A DNA stretch of 64,000 bases from Leucoraja erinacea (lineage: Eukaryota). The stretch is taken from NCBI RefSeq assembly GCF_028641065.1, contig NC_073400.1, forward strand, positions 14,322,001 through 14,386,000, in the 5' to 3' direction. Of the stretch, positions 52,861-64,000 are shown piece after piece. The translations under genes and the position numbers were made by a program. The notes below the pieces were generated by a model. It ran no database searches. It had not been told where the DNA came from and saw only the letters and a program-made list of their open reading frames with translations. The number at the start of each line of letters is the position of its first letter. The stretch's first letter is position 1.

Positions 52861-54644
52861 TCTAGAATATTCAACTTCAGATTGTTGCAATTTATATTGG
52901 GCAACAATAGTCTACTTTATAAGATCATAAGACACAGATTAAGAATTAGACCATTCAGCGCATCAAGTCTGCTCTGCCAGTCGATCATAACTGATCTATT
53001 TTTTCCCTCAACCGCATTTCCCTACTTTCTCCCTGTCACATTTGACACCCTTACTAATCAAGTCCCCCATCGATCTCCGCTTTAAAAAATACCCAATGAC
53101 TTGGCCTCCACCGCCGTCTGGGACAATTCCACAGATTCACCGCTCTTTGGCTAAAGAAATTCCTCCTCAATATTAATTCACACTAGTATACATTTTAAAC
53201 CCAGAATTTTAAGTGGAACAGAAAACAGACTTGGCCTCCACCATCGTCTCTGGCAATGAATTTCACAGATTCACTACCCTCTGGCTAAAGACATTCCCCC
53301 TCATCTCCATTCTAAAGATACAGCCTTTTATGTTGAGGCTGTGCCCTGAGAATAGTTGGGTTGGTTGACAGACAAGAGCAAGAGTTTAGGTTGATCAGCA
53401 GAGATAGAATCTCACATTATAATGCTGACAGGTTGGTGTTCTATGGTACCATTATCATGGGTGTTTTAGCTATGTTTGAACTCTTTTGTGGGATTGCTGT
53501 AATACCCTTTGAACATTGCTATCCACAGCAGCAATGCCAGCAAAATCACACTGGATGTTTAAAAATAATCATCCCTCAGTCAGTATATGGCTTACCCTTG
53601 CTTTGTAATGGAAACTGGCAAGGCAACTATCAGGCACTATATAATTGTCATGGAGTCCTATATCACCAATATTGTCTGTTCAGCCCACAACATTGAAGCT
53701 ATCCATTTTAATACATCTACACTAATGCCATTTGCCTGCATAGGTCTGTATCCTTCAATGTCCAACCTAACAATTACTTACATTCTTGAGAGCATGTTTT
53801 CTAAGCAAAGACTATGATTGCAGGCACCTATCAGATAGTGAATGCACCATGCATTTCAAGAGCCAATTCCAAACATCTCATACTCCATCCTATTCCTATT
53901 CCTAACCTTGATCCTTGTCCCACTCCAGTCATTCCTTCTTCTCCCCGCTCCTCTCCGGCAGAAGATACAGAAGCTTAAAAGCAAGCACCGCCAGACACAG
54001 GAACAGCTCATGCCTCGTTGTTATCAGGCTTCTGTACAGTCCTACCATAAACTAGGGTACTCTCCGATTCACCTCTACCCCATTGTGGATACTGCATTTT
54101 GGCCATGAAACAGGCTTATTACAATGCTGAGAACTATATTTTAAACTCTGTATCTTTCCCCTTTGTTCCATTGATTGTATTTGAGTTTGATTTGATTATA
54201 TTTATGTACGGTGTTATCTGACCTGATTTGATAGCATGCAAAACAAAGCTTTTCATTGAAAACTGTATTATTGTTATTTGTACCTCTAGCTAAATAAATC
54301 CTTCCTCATCTCCATACTAAAGATACGTCCTTTTATTTTGAAGCTGCGCCCTGAGAATAGTTAGGTTGGGTGGTAGACACGAGCATGCGTTTAGGCAGAC
54401 CAGCAGGGATAGAATTGAAAAACTTTCATTGAAAAACATTACTATTGTCATTTGTCCCTCTAGCTGCAGAAATGCCTTTTCATGTTAGAATGGAGATGAG
54501 GAGGAATTTCTTTTGCTCGAGGTAGAAATGACAATAATCAAGTTTTTCATTGAACCTCGGTAAAATGACAATGATAAATCTAAATCTATTGGCGACAAGT
54601 TGACCACGCATGTTTAAAAGTAACCATGCCTCAGTCATTAAGAT

Positions 54645-55070
54645 TCAAGAGAGTTTATTGTCATGTGTCCCAGATAGGACAATGAAATTCTTGCTTTGCT
54701 TCAGCACAACAGAAAAAAGTAGGCTTAAATATATGCAGAATAGAACTGATCAGTGTGACCATATACCAATTAATATATATATACACACACATAAATAAAC
54801 AGATAAAGTGCAATGGGCTGTTAATTATCAGAGTTTTGTTTGAGTTGAGTTTAATAGCCTGATGGCTGTGGGGAAGTGGCTATTCCTGAACCTGGATGTT
54901 GCACATTTCAGGCTCCTGTACCTTCTGCCTGAAGGCAGCGGGGAGATGAGTGTGTGGCCAGGATGGTGTGGGTCCTTGATATTGCTGGCAGCCTTTTTGA
55001 GGCAGCGACTGCGATAGATCCCCTCGATGGAAGGGAGTTCAGAGCCGATGATGGACTGGGCAGTGTTTAC
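54645..55070 (-). mobile_element. Rex1/Babar-type LINE 3' fragment; related fragments at ~3000-3330(+), 12580-12790(-), 15035-15380(+), 16250-16650(+), 24595-24870(+), 34900-35180(-), 36590-37140(-), 53935-54590(+), 59690-60028(+), 61680-61920(+)
   Basis: ORF 54828..55091 LPSIEGIYRSRCLKKA..IKDPHHPGHTLISPLPSGRRYRSL...RFRNS.FP.AIRLLN; the same motif occurs in 16250..16450. Confidence 0.8.
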
Positions 55071-58000
55071 AACCATCAGATGTGATAACACAATGTCACA
55101 GAGTCCTACCTCACAAAATCAGGCCTGTCAGCACATTGCATTGATGCTAACCTTGCCTTGCATAGGTTCATATCCCTTAATATCCAGCATGAAAAGTACT
55201 TGCATTTTTGAGAGTATGCACTCCAAGCAAAGACCTATCAGGCCAGTGAATGAGCCATGCATTTTATTAGCTGATTCTAAACATCTGCTGGCTAATCCTA
55301 ATCTAAGTCCTCATTTCAATCCTTTCCACAGATGATAAGTGAAACATCATCATCCAGGTAGCCAGCAAAAGCCTTACCCTTTACTGGCTCAAAGTGCTCG
55401 AGTAACTCAGTGGGGCAGGCAGCATCTCTGGAGAACCTGGCTAGGTGATGTGGTGTATCAGAATCCTTCTTCACATTGTCCCAAGAGGAGCACTAACCAA
55501 TAACATCAGCTATCCACAGTCTCCAGAGATGCTGCACATAGCTACTGCAATACGTTGTGTCTTTTGTTGTTGTTGTAAAGCAGCATCTACAGTTCCTTGT
55601 TTCTATGTTTCCCCTTTGTCAGCCACATACCACCTGCAGCCACTGAATTATGCAAAATGGTGTTATTTTCTCCACCATCAGTGTCTTCGTGCTCTTCCTC
55701 CATTACAGGTCCTGTTGTGCAAGTCTTGACTGCCCAGATGACTACAAGGATGAAGATGTGATGAGAGGGTAGGTGGAAGAAAGAGGTGCATGTATATGCT
55801 AACAACAAAATCTAAACCAGACTGTATGAAGCAGGAAATTGGATTGTGAGAATGAGTGGTGATCACGCTATTTGCCCTTGCTCCAGTAACTAATGACAGC
55901 CAACAACTTCCTTCGTAAATTCATAAATCATAGGAGCAGAATTAGGCCAATTGGCCCATTGAGTCTATGCCACCATCCAATCAAGGCTCTTCTATTTTCC
56001 CCTCTCAATCATCTAATTTTCCTGTCTTCTCCCCGTAGCCTTTGATACCCTTCCTAATCAAGAACCTGACAATCAATTTAAAAATATCCATTGACCTGGC
56101 CTCCACAGCGGTCTGTGGCAATGAATTCCACATATTCTGGCTAAAGAAATTCCTCCTCATGCCCTTTCTAAAGGACAACCTTTTATGCTGAGGCTGTGCC
56201 CTCTGGACTCTCCCACTAGTGGAAACATCCTCTCCACATCCACTCTATCCAAGCCTTTCACTATTCAGTAAGTTTTAATGAGGTCCCTGCCTCATCCTTC
56301 GAAACACCAGTGAGCACAGGCCAAGTGCTGTCAAATGCTCATCATACGTTAACCCACTCATTCTGGGAATCATTCTCTTAAACCTCCTCTGCATCATGTC
56401 CAGTGCAATGCCAGCACATCTTTCCATAGATATGGGACCCAAAACGGTTCACAACCTCCCCCCCCCATCCTTCTAAACTCCAGCGAGTACAGACCCAGAG
56501 CCATCACGCACTCTGGGTGTAAGGAAGTAGGTTCCTCCATAGTTATAAGTTATGCTGACTACTTTCCAGTGATGTTGGTCAGTCAAGAGACTGTCCTCTG
56601 CCAAGGCATGCATTAAGGTAAGCATTGGTCCATGCTGCGAACATGTAACTGGCTGCACCATGCAGATTGTGTACTGCCTTCAGTGGATGGATTAAACCCG
56701 CACCATAATCCAGTGTTGCAGGCAATTGCATTCAACTGCCTATGATTTGTGGCAGGTTTACAGTTGAACTATAGTTGTGCTAACCAAAGAAAAATAAATA
56801 TTTTTGGTCGTTGATCGTTCTGAGCCGATTCAAAACGCATCCCTCAACAGTGTGTAGTTGTGATGCAGGTCATACAGTGACACACATGCTAAATGCTTGC
56901 CCACTGACCCAGGCTTCAGAGCTACATCTGGTCAGCAAAGAAATGCCACCCCTTGGCTTATAACACATGCAAACACAAAATGGATACATGTATAAATAAA
57001 TAATGTTGAAATACTCACCTGCAAAGCTGTCAAAACTCACCTCGTTATCCCTATTGCTGTACCCCAGGGCACCATGCTGCGTGTTAAATTTAGGGCCAAG
57101 TTCAAAACAATTTGAAAAGGACTCATTAATGTCTCTTTAAAGCATTAAATGAGTCAATAATTAGCCACCACCTGCAATAATTAAAACCTTGACTAGCTTT
57201 TAACTACACCTCCAGTAAATCAAGAAAGCGGCTAAGTTGCAGCTGAGTTCCAAAGTTCAATAACTTCAATCCTTGCCACATGTCAACAAACTTGTTCTCG
57301 TGAATTAAATCCAGCAGTCACCATCTACCCACATACGTTGCCTCAAAAGCTTAACAACATCAAATCATAATTAAGAAATCGCTAGTGAAGCTAATAACAT
57401 GCTTTATATTCTGTAGATGTCAAGCGATAAAACAAAAGTGTACAATCTTCAGACTTGAGAGGAAGTCAGTGGGAGAAATGTAACACCTTGCTAGTGAAAG
57501 TGACATGCGTTAATTTCTCTTCAACCCGATTAATGATTTATTCCTTCCAAAGCATGAAATGTTGTTCCAGCCTCAATGGATAGCACGATTCAAGGTAGTG
57601 GTGCATGAATTAAATGAAATCAATAAAAACGCAACATGATCTTTTACTAAGCTTGATGTAGAGGTGGAACGGTGAAATTAGTACATTTTGTTACATTATT
57701 CATAAAGCCTGATTTGCTGTCAGGAACAATTAGACAATTTTTCAAAAAGGTGGCAGCATAAATAACTGTAAAATACTCAAGTCCTGTTGTTTGCAACTGA
57801 TCTTGGACTATTTGCTGTCATGTTGGGTTGCAAGGTTTTAAATCAGAATATCTTTCATTGGTCTGGTGTCAATATTGAATTTGTCATATTCATCTCCAAA
57901 ATAGCAGAATATCCATATATAGCTGGAGGAAAAACATGCAGAAGCTGAGAATCAGAAACAAAAACAGAATATAGGGTGGCCCAGTGGCACAGCTGGTTGA

Positions 58001-58599
58001 GCTGCTGCCTCACAGCACTAGAGGCCCACTTTCGATCCTGATCTCGATTGCTGCCTGTGTGGAGTTTGGATGTTCCCTCCATAACTGTGTGGGTTTCCAT
58101 CAGGTTCTCTATTTTGTCCCACGTTCCAAAGACATGCGTGTTTGTGGGTTAGCTAGCCTCGGTAAATTGTCCCTAGTGTGTAGGGAGTGGATGCGAAAGC
58201 AGGATTACATAGAATTAGTGTGAACAGGTGATCGATGGTCAGTGTGGACTCAGTGGGCCGAAGGGCCTCTTTTTCATGCTGCATATTTCAATCAATCGAT
58301 CAATCAAATGTTGCGTCAGCTGTGAAGCGCTTGAGTAACCCTGAAGGTGCAAAAGATATAAAAGTCCATTTTATTTTTAACTTCTCCATCTGGCATACCT
58401 TTGATAACAACTTTTATTTTATGTTACATATTCATTATGAATATGGCTGTGAATTATTAATTCCAATAATATATTCAATTCATAATACATGCAGTATATA
58501 CAATTGTGACGCGTCTTTGTCTATGTTCATTTTATCATCAATGCAATACATTTTCTCACCAAGTGTCAAAGCCACTCAAGCATTCTTTCTTAAAGAATG

Positions 58600-59232
58600 C
58601 TGGCATGAAGCATTCGAGAGGCTGGTAAACAGGCCCTAGCCTCTGGCAGACTCAGCGACCGTTTCGCCAAATACTTACGCCAAGGCCTACTGGATCTTCC
58701 AGCTCTGAACCATTTTAACTTCCTATTCCCAAAATGACTTTTCTGTATTGGGAACCTATTCAGGGTGAGGTCACGTGCAACTTGGAGGACCAGCACCTCA
58801 CGCTTGTGTAGCTTCCAACCCAACTGTGTGAACACAATTTCTCCAATTTTAGGTAACTGCTACAAAACCCCTGCTCCTCTTTCTCCCCTCCCCCTCTCTC
58901 CCCTGTGCCTCACTTGCATTTGCATCCATTTCTCCCCTTCTCCTTCCCTTCCACCCACCTCCCTTCCTCTGCCTTCACATTCACAACACTTCAATCCTTT
59001 TGGCTGTCACCCTCAGTTTTAATCTCTGTTCCAACCATCTGCCTATCAAACCACCCCCTCGCCTATGTCCACCTATAACCTAGCACACTTTGTCCCTCTC
59101 CACTCTCCCAGCTTTCATTCCCAAGCCCACCTCTGCGATTAGTCTGAAGAGGGATCCCGACCTGAAACGTCACCTATCCTTGCCCTCCAGAGATGATGTC
59201 TGACACATTGAGTTACTGCAGCACTTTGCATC
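58600..59232 (+). mobile_element. Decayed Penelope-like 3' fragment (GIY-YIG C-terminus, pyrimidine-rich UTR, pLTR with degenerate hammerhead core)
   Basis: Similar to 39900-40467 (ccattttaacttccta, cagcacctca, gcttccaaccca); CTGAAGA...GAAACGTCACC at ~59144-59174. Confidence 0.75.
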
Positions 59233-59311
59233 CCTCTTTGTGTCCTGTGGTTGCTGGGTCGCAGTTTGAAATATTTCAGTTTGTTCCTCAGTTCATATCC
59301 CAGCACCTTGG

Positions 59312-59453
59312 TAGACACAAAATGCTGGAATAACTCAACGGGTGAGGCAGCATCTCTGGAGAGAAGGAATGGTTGATGTTTCAGGTCGAGACCCTTCTTT
59401 TGTGTTTACCTTCGATTTACACCAGCATTTGCAGTTCTTTCTTACATATTTTG
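59312..59453. mobile_element. Penelope-derived mini-element (inverted arm + tail) with 14-bp TSD
   Basis: TCCCAGCACCTTGG at 59298-59311 and 59454-59467; minus-strand pLTR arm followed by plus-strand tail. Confidence 0.82.
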
Positions 59454-61924
59454 TCCCAGCACCTTGGAATGTTCCAACCTACAGCCTTCACTTGCCAACG
59501 TCCCTTGCACTGGAAGACCAACAAGTTGCAGGCAGACCGAAGTATGTCCGTTCCCTAGATGATGATCTACTGTTGTTATCAGTATGCCGAGAAACATTGT
59601 GTAGGAATGAACTGCAAATGCTGGTTTGCACCAATGATAGACACAAAATGCTACAGTAACTCAGTGGGTCAGGCAGCATCCAAAGCAAGCGCTGTCTGCG
59701 GAGGGCGCTCAGCATCGCCAAGGACTGCTCTCACCCCAACCATGGACTGTTTACCCTCCTACCATCCGGGAGGCGCTACAGGTCTCTCCGTTGCCGAACC
59801 AGCAAGTCGAGGAACAGCTTCTTTCCGGCGGCTGTCACTCTACTCAACAACGTACCTCGGTCTCACCACCCCACCCCCCCCCCCCCCCCCCCCCGGACAC
59901 TTATTATTATTTATTCAAATCGTTTGCTATGTCGCTCTTCAATGAAGATGCTAAATGCATTTCGTTGTCTCTGTACTGTACACTGACAATGACAATTAAA
60001 ATTGAATCTGAATCTGAATCTGAATCTGATCTCCGGAGTAAAGGAATAATTGACGTTTCGGTTCGAGATCCTTCTTCAGCTGCTGCTGGAAGATTAACAA
60101 CTTGGGAACAACTCATAGCACAGATGTTTTTGCTCCTCATTGGAACAGTGGTTCCCATGTCTTGGACCTTAAGTGGTCCACCAAAAGGCTCAAAGGCTCG
60201 TCGGTGGTTGTGGTCTGTCCGATGACTCGTAGGTTGGCGGGACGGGGAACCCACCTGAAGGCTCGTCGCGCAGCGCGTAACCGGGAGCTAAGAGTGGGAG
60301 GGTGAACCGGGGTATTGAGATGGTTGGGCGAGGAGAGGAGAGAGACGTCGGTTCACGGGAACTGCTCCAGTACATCGAGCGCACGTGCTGACTGGACTTT
60401 AGACTTTGAATAATGGTGTTAAAAATGGTGGCGCCTACACGTGTGATATATGCAAAATGAATTTCACTGTGCAGTTGCATATGTGACATATAAAACACTA
60501 TTGAACTCTATCCCTGTTCAAAAGTAAAATACCACAAATGCTGGAAATTGAACGCGAAACAAACTACTGGAAACAGCCAATTAGTCCAGCAGTCATCCAC
60601 GGAGTGGGAAATCGAGTTAACATTTCAGGTTAATGGTCTCACGTCAGAATGAGGAAACAAAGTTTTACGTGAAAATAAAAAGGAAACAGCAGAGAAGGCC
60701 CAAAACATCTCAGCAGGTCAGGCAGCATCTGTGGAAGGAGAAACAATCAAAGGTTTACATCTGAGAAATTAACAGAGAGAGGAGAGAGGTGCAAGCCAGT
60801 GGTGTTTTAAGTTACAAGTTGCTTCAGAATGGAGGGAGTAGGGCAAAGAACAAAAGGGGAAGAGACTAAACAGGAAAGTGGTGAGGGAGTTCATATGAAA
60901 TAGGAGGAGAATTAGCCCATTCGGCCCATCTAGTCTACTCCACCATTCACTCATGGCCCATCTATCTTTTCCCTCTCAGCCCCATTCTCCTGCCTTCTCC
61001 CCATAATCCTGTACTAATCAAGAATCTGTCAATCTCCACCTTAAAAATACCCATTGACGGCCTCCATCTGTGGCAAAGAATTCAACAGATTCACCACCAT
61101 CTGACTAAAGAACGTCATCATCTCCTTTCTGAAGGTATGTCCTTTTATTCTGAGGCAATGGCTTCCGGCCCTAGTTTCCCCCACTACCAGAACCATCCAC
61201 CAGAGTTGGCTGATTAAGGTTTGAAAGGACTACTGAATATTGGTTTGGTGGAGTTGTAAATGGAAAAAGATAAATACAAACTGAAGTTAAAAGATTGAAA
61301 AAAAACTCACAAATGGTAACAATTGGAGTTACAAGGCCACAGTTGAACTTGTGAAAGCTGTCTTATTCCCTCTTCTTTTTCCATTTATTCATATTTCCTT
61401 ACAACAAAGGAGATTTTTTAACCCATGACGTATTGACCTGTATTCTATTCCCCCTCACATGTTTAGTTTAGTTTAGTTTATTGTCACATGTACCGAGGTA
61501 CAGTGAAAAGTTTTTTTTTGTTAAGTGCTATCCAATCAGTGAAAATACTATACATGATTACAATAACGGGAATAACGTTTCGAGCAAGATAAAATCCAGT
61601 AAAGTCCGATTAAAGATAGTATGAAGGTCTCCGATGATGTAGATGGGAGGTCAGGACTGCTCTCGCTACTGAAGTAGAGATGGTTGAAAACTTCATTTAC
61701 CTAGGAGAAAATATCATCAATAACTTGTCCGTACCCACCCATATGAAAAGCTCCCTCTTAACTAAGCAATGGCCAAGAAAGCACACCAACGCCTCAACTT
61801 CCTTTGAATGCTAAGGAAGTTTGGTATTTCCCCAACAACTCTTACCAACTTTTACTGATGTACCATAGAAAACATATTATCGGGATGCATCACAGCATGC
61901 TTTGGGAACAACTCCATCCAAGGC

Positions 61925-62440
61925 TCATATCTGAGGAAGGATGTGCTGGTGTTGGAGAGTGTCCAGAGTAGGTTTACGAGAATGATCCCAGGAATGAGTG
62001 GGTTAACCTATGATTAGCATTTGATGCCACTGGGCCTGTGCTCACTGGAGTTTAGAAGGATGAGGGGAAAATTGATTGAAACTTTCTGAATAATGAAAGG
62101 CCTGGATAGAGTGGATGTAGACAATATATTTCACCTAGAGGGAGAGTCTAGGACCAGAGAACATAGCCTCAGAATAAAAGAACGTACGTTTACAAAGGAG
62201 ATGAGGAGGAATTTCTTTAGTCAGAGGGTGGTGAATGTGTGGAATTCATTGCCACAGATGGCGGTGGAGGGAAAATCATTGGATGTTTTTAAAGCAGAGA
62301 TTGATTAGTATGGGTGTTAGAAGATATGGATGGGGAGAAAGCAGGAGAATGGGGTTGAGAGTAAAAAATGGATCAGCCATGATTGAATGGCAGAGAAGAC
62401 TCGATGGGCCGAATGGCCTATTTCGGCTCCTATAACATGA
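61925..62440 (+). mobile_element. CR1 3' fragment; others at ~1-125(-), 352-670(+), 5235-5545(+), 9010-9200(-), 22410-22950(-), 24060-24270(+), 26885-27130(-), 32320-32650(+), 37790-38070(-), 40468-40735(+), 48155-48300(+), 49710-50035(+), 50935-51090(-), 52925-53170(-), 55925-56455(-), 60895-61190(-)
   Basis: Recurring SRTRGHSLRI...RRNFFSQRVVNLWNSLP peptide and GGGCCGAATGGCCT 3' motif. Confidence 0.85.
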
Positions 62441-64000
62441 TATGAAAGCATTGCAGGGCTGATTTGAAGCCGCTTTTGGTGCAGCTGTAAGCACTTTCAC
62501 AATCTGCAGTGCGTGTCCCTTTTGATACAGCTTTCTCGATTTCCAAAGGCCTCTGTTGTTCCGATTTAATTTCAAATGAACATGGCTGGCTAGCATTACA
62601 TTGATCCAATTTATTTACTTAATTTACTGAATTAATTATTTAAAATCTAGCACCTTCGGTGGACTACATAAGAAGTGTTACACACAGTCCCTGGTACATA
62701 AATATAAGTGATAAATGGACCTTGTGGCAACATTCAGATGACCATAAAAAGGAAATCAGGAGCAGATAATCCACAAAAATTAAAAACTGGATGTTCATCT
62801 GCATTTTATTTGCAATTCGCAGCCAATTTGTGTGAGCTAAATAACGTATTAAGCATGTTTTGCCATATCATGTTACACAAAATCCCAATTCCAACATACT
62901 TAAGTTATAGATCACAATTGTCTCAATCGGTGGAGCATTGGTTGAAACGCTAATCAAGAATGGCTTAAATGTTGTTATGCTTAAAATCATTGACTGTGAT
63001 GGAAAAGAGTTACCAGCATGTGCAGTATATTTGTATTTTCATAAACAGAGTTTCACATGTCATGTAATCTGCATTTTAATGAAAATTTGTCTGCTGTTTG
63101 TCTCTGAGCAAATTTGCATTATTTTGTAAATTGCATCGTTCGGGAGCTTTAATCTACATCAGAATGCACAAAAGCGCACATTTCCTGCATTTCAATCTCA
63201 ATGGTTGAAGAGTCCATCTAAATATACGGTGGAACTTATTTTGATGTATGGTAATGTTCAAGTTTTATTTTTAATTATATCACAACATGTATTTAATCAG
63301 TTTTAGCCTCAGTTTTAGTTATAGAGAAATACAGCATGGAAACAGGTCCTTCAATAGAATCCATGCCATCCATCAACTATCCTTTTACACTTAATCTACA
63401 TTAAACTCATTTATTAATCTTTCCTCATTCACATCAATTCCTCCACAGACACCTGCACACAAGGGACAATTTACATTGGTCAAATAGCCCACCAACTTGT
63501 ATGGCTTTTGGGATGTGGGTGGAAACCGGAGGACATGGAAGAAACCCACATGGTCACAGGTAGAGGGTGTAAACTCCACACAGCCAGCGCCCGAGGTCAG
63601 GATTGAATCCAGATCTCTGGCGCTGTGCCACTATGTCGCCCCTGGATAATTTCCTAAAGAAAAAGGCCATTTCACCCATTGTAACTATGCTGCTGCTAAG
63701 AGAAGACATATCATCTCGCATCCAGTCCAATTTTCCCACCATCCTGCCCCTCTTTCGCCTTCCACCAACATCCCTCTCTCTGGCTTTACATTTCATTGTT
63801 ACCCATTGTTATCCTACCACAAACAGAGAGCAGTACTGAACTACTATTTGGTGTATACTCTTGGTGTAATTGTATAGATGTATACAACTATACTATTTGG
63901 TTATATGGTGATCCTCAGACTATCCTTGATCGGATGTGTCGGAAAGAACTGCAGGTGCTGGTTTAAACTGAAGATGGACGCAAAAAGCTGGAGTAACTCA

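Noticed and set aside
1-64000. Prokaryotic-type system (operon, CRISPR, retron or defence locus)
   Set aside because: The sequence is vertebrate repeat-rich DNA; the only RT and nuclease domains belong to non-LTR and Penelope retroelements.

Overview
Eukaryotic, AT-rich, repeat-dense non-coding DNA (large intron or intergenic). The repeat content points to a cartilaginous fish, probably a skate or ray; this is an inference from HE1-like V-SINEs, HER1-like CR1 LINEs, Rex1/Babar fragments and Penelope-like elements. No host protein-coding exon could be supported, and nearly all ORFs in the track are retroelement debris or chance ORFs. Main items: (1) a full-length, almost intact, CpG-rich single-ORF L2 LINE (41382-45070, minus strand) broken by one extra base, with its ATG inside a YY1/TISU-like motif 6 nt from the 5' end; (2) many short Penelope-derived insertions carrying a minimal hammerhead-ribozyme core (CTGAAGA-A-stem-GAAACGTC), often folded back on themselves and flanked by 12-17 bp target-site duplications, down to a 134-bp unit; (3) two DNA-transposon MITEs; (4) GC-rich non-coding retroposon families with Rex1-type tails; (5) local duplications and a fold-back insertion. 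Boundaries of old, decayed repeats are approximate; TSD and TIR coordinates were read directly from the sequence.
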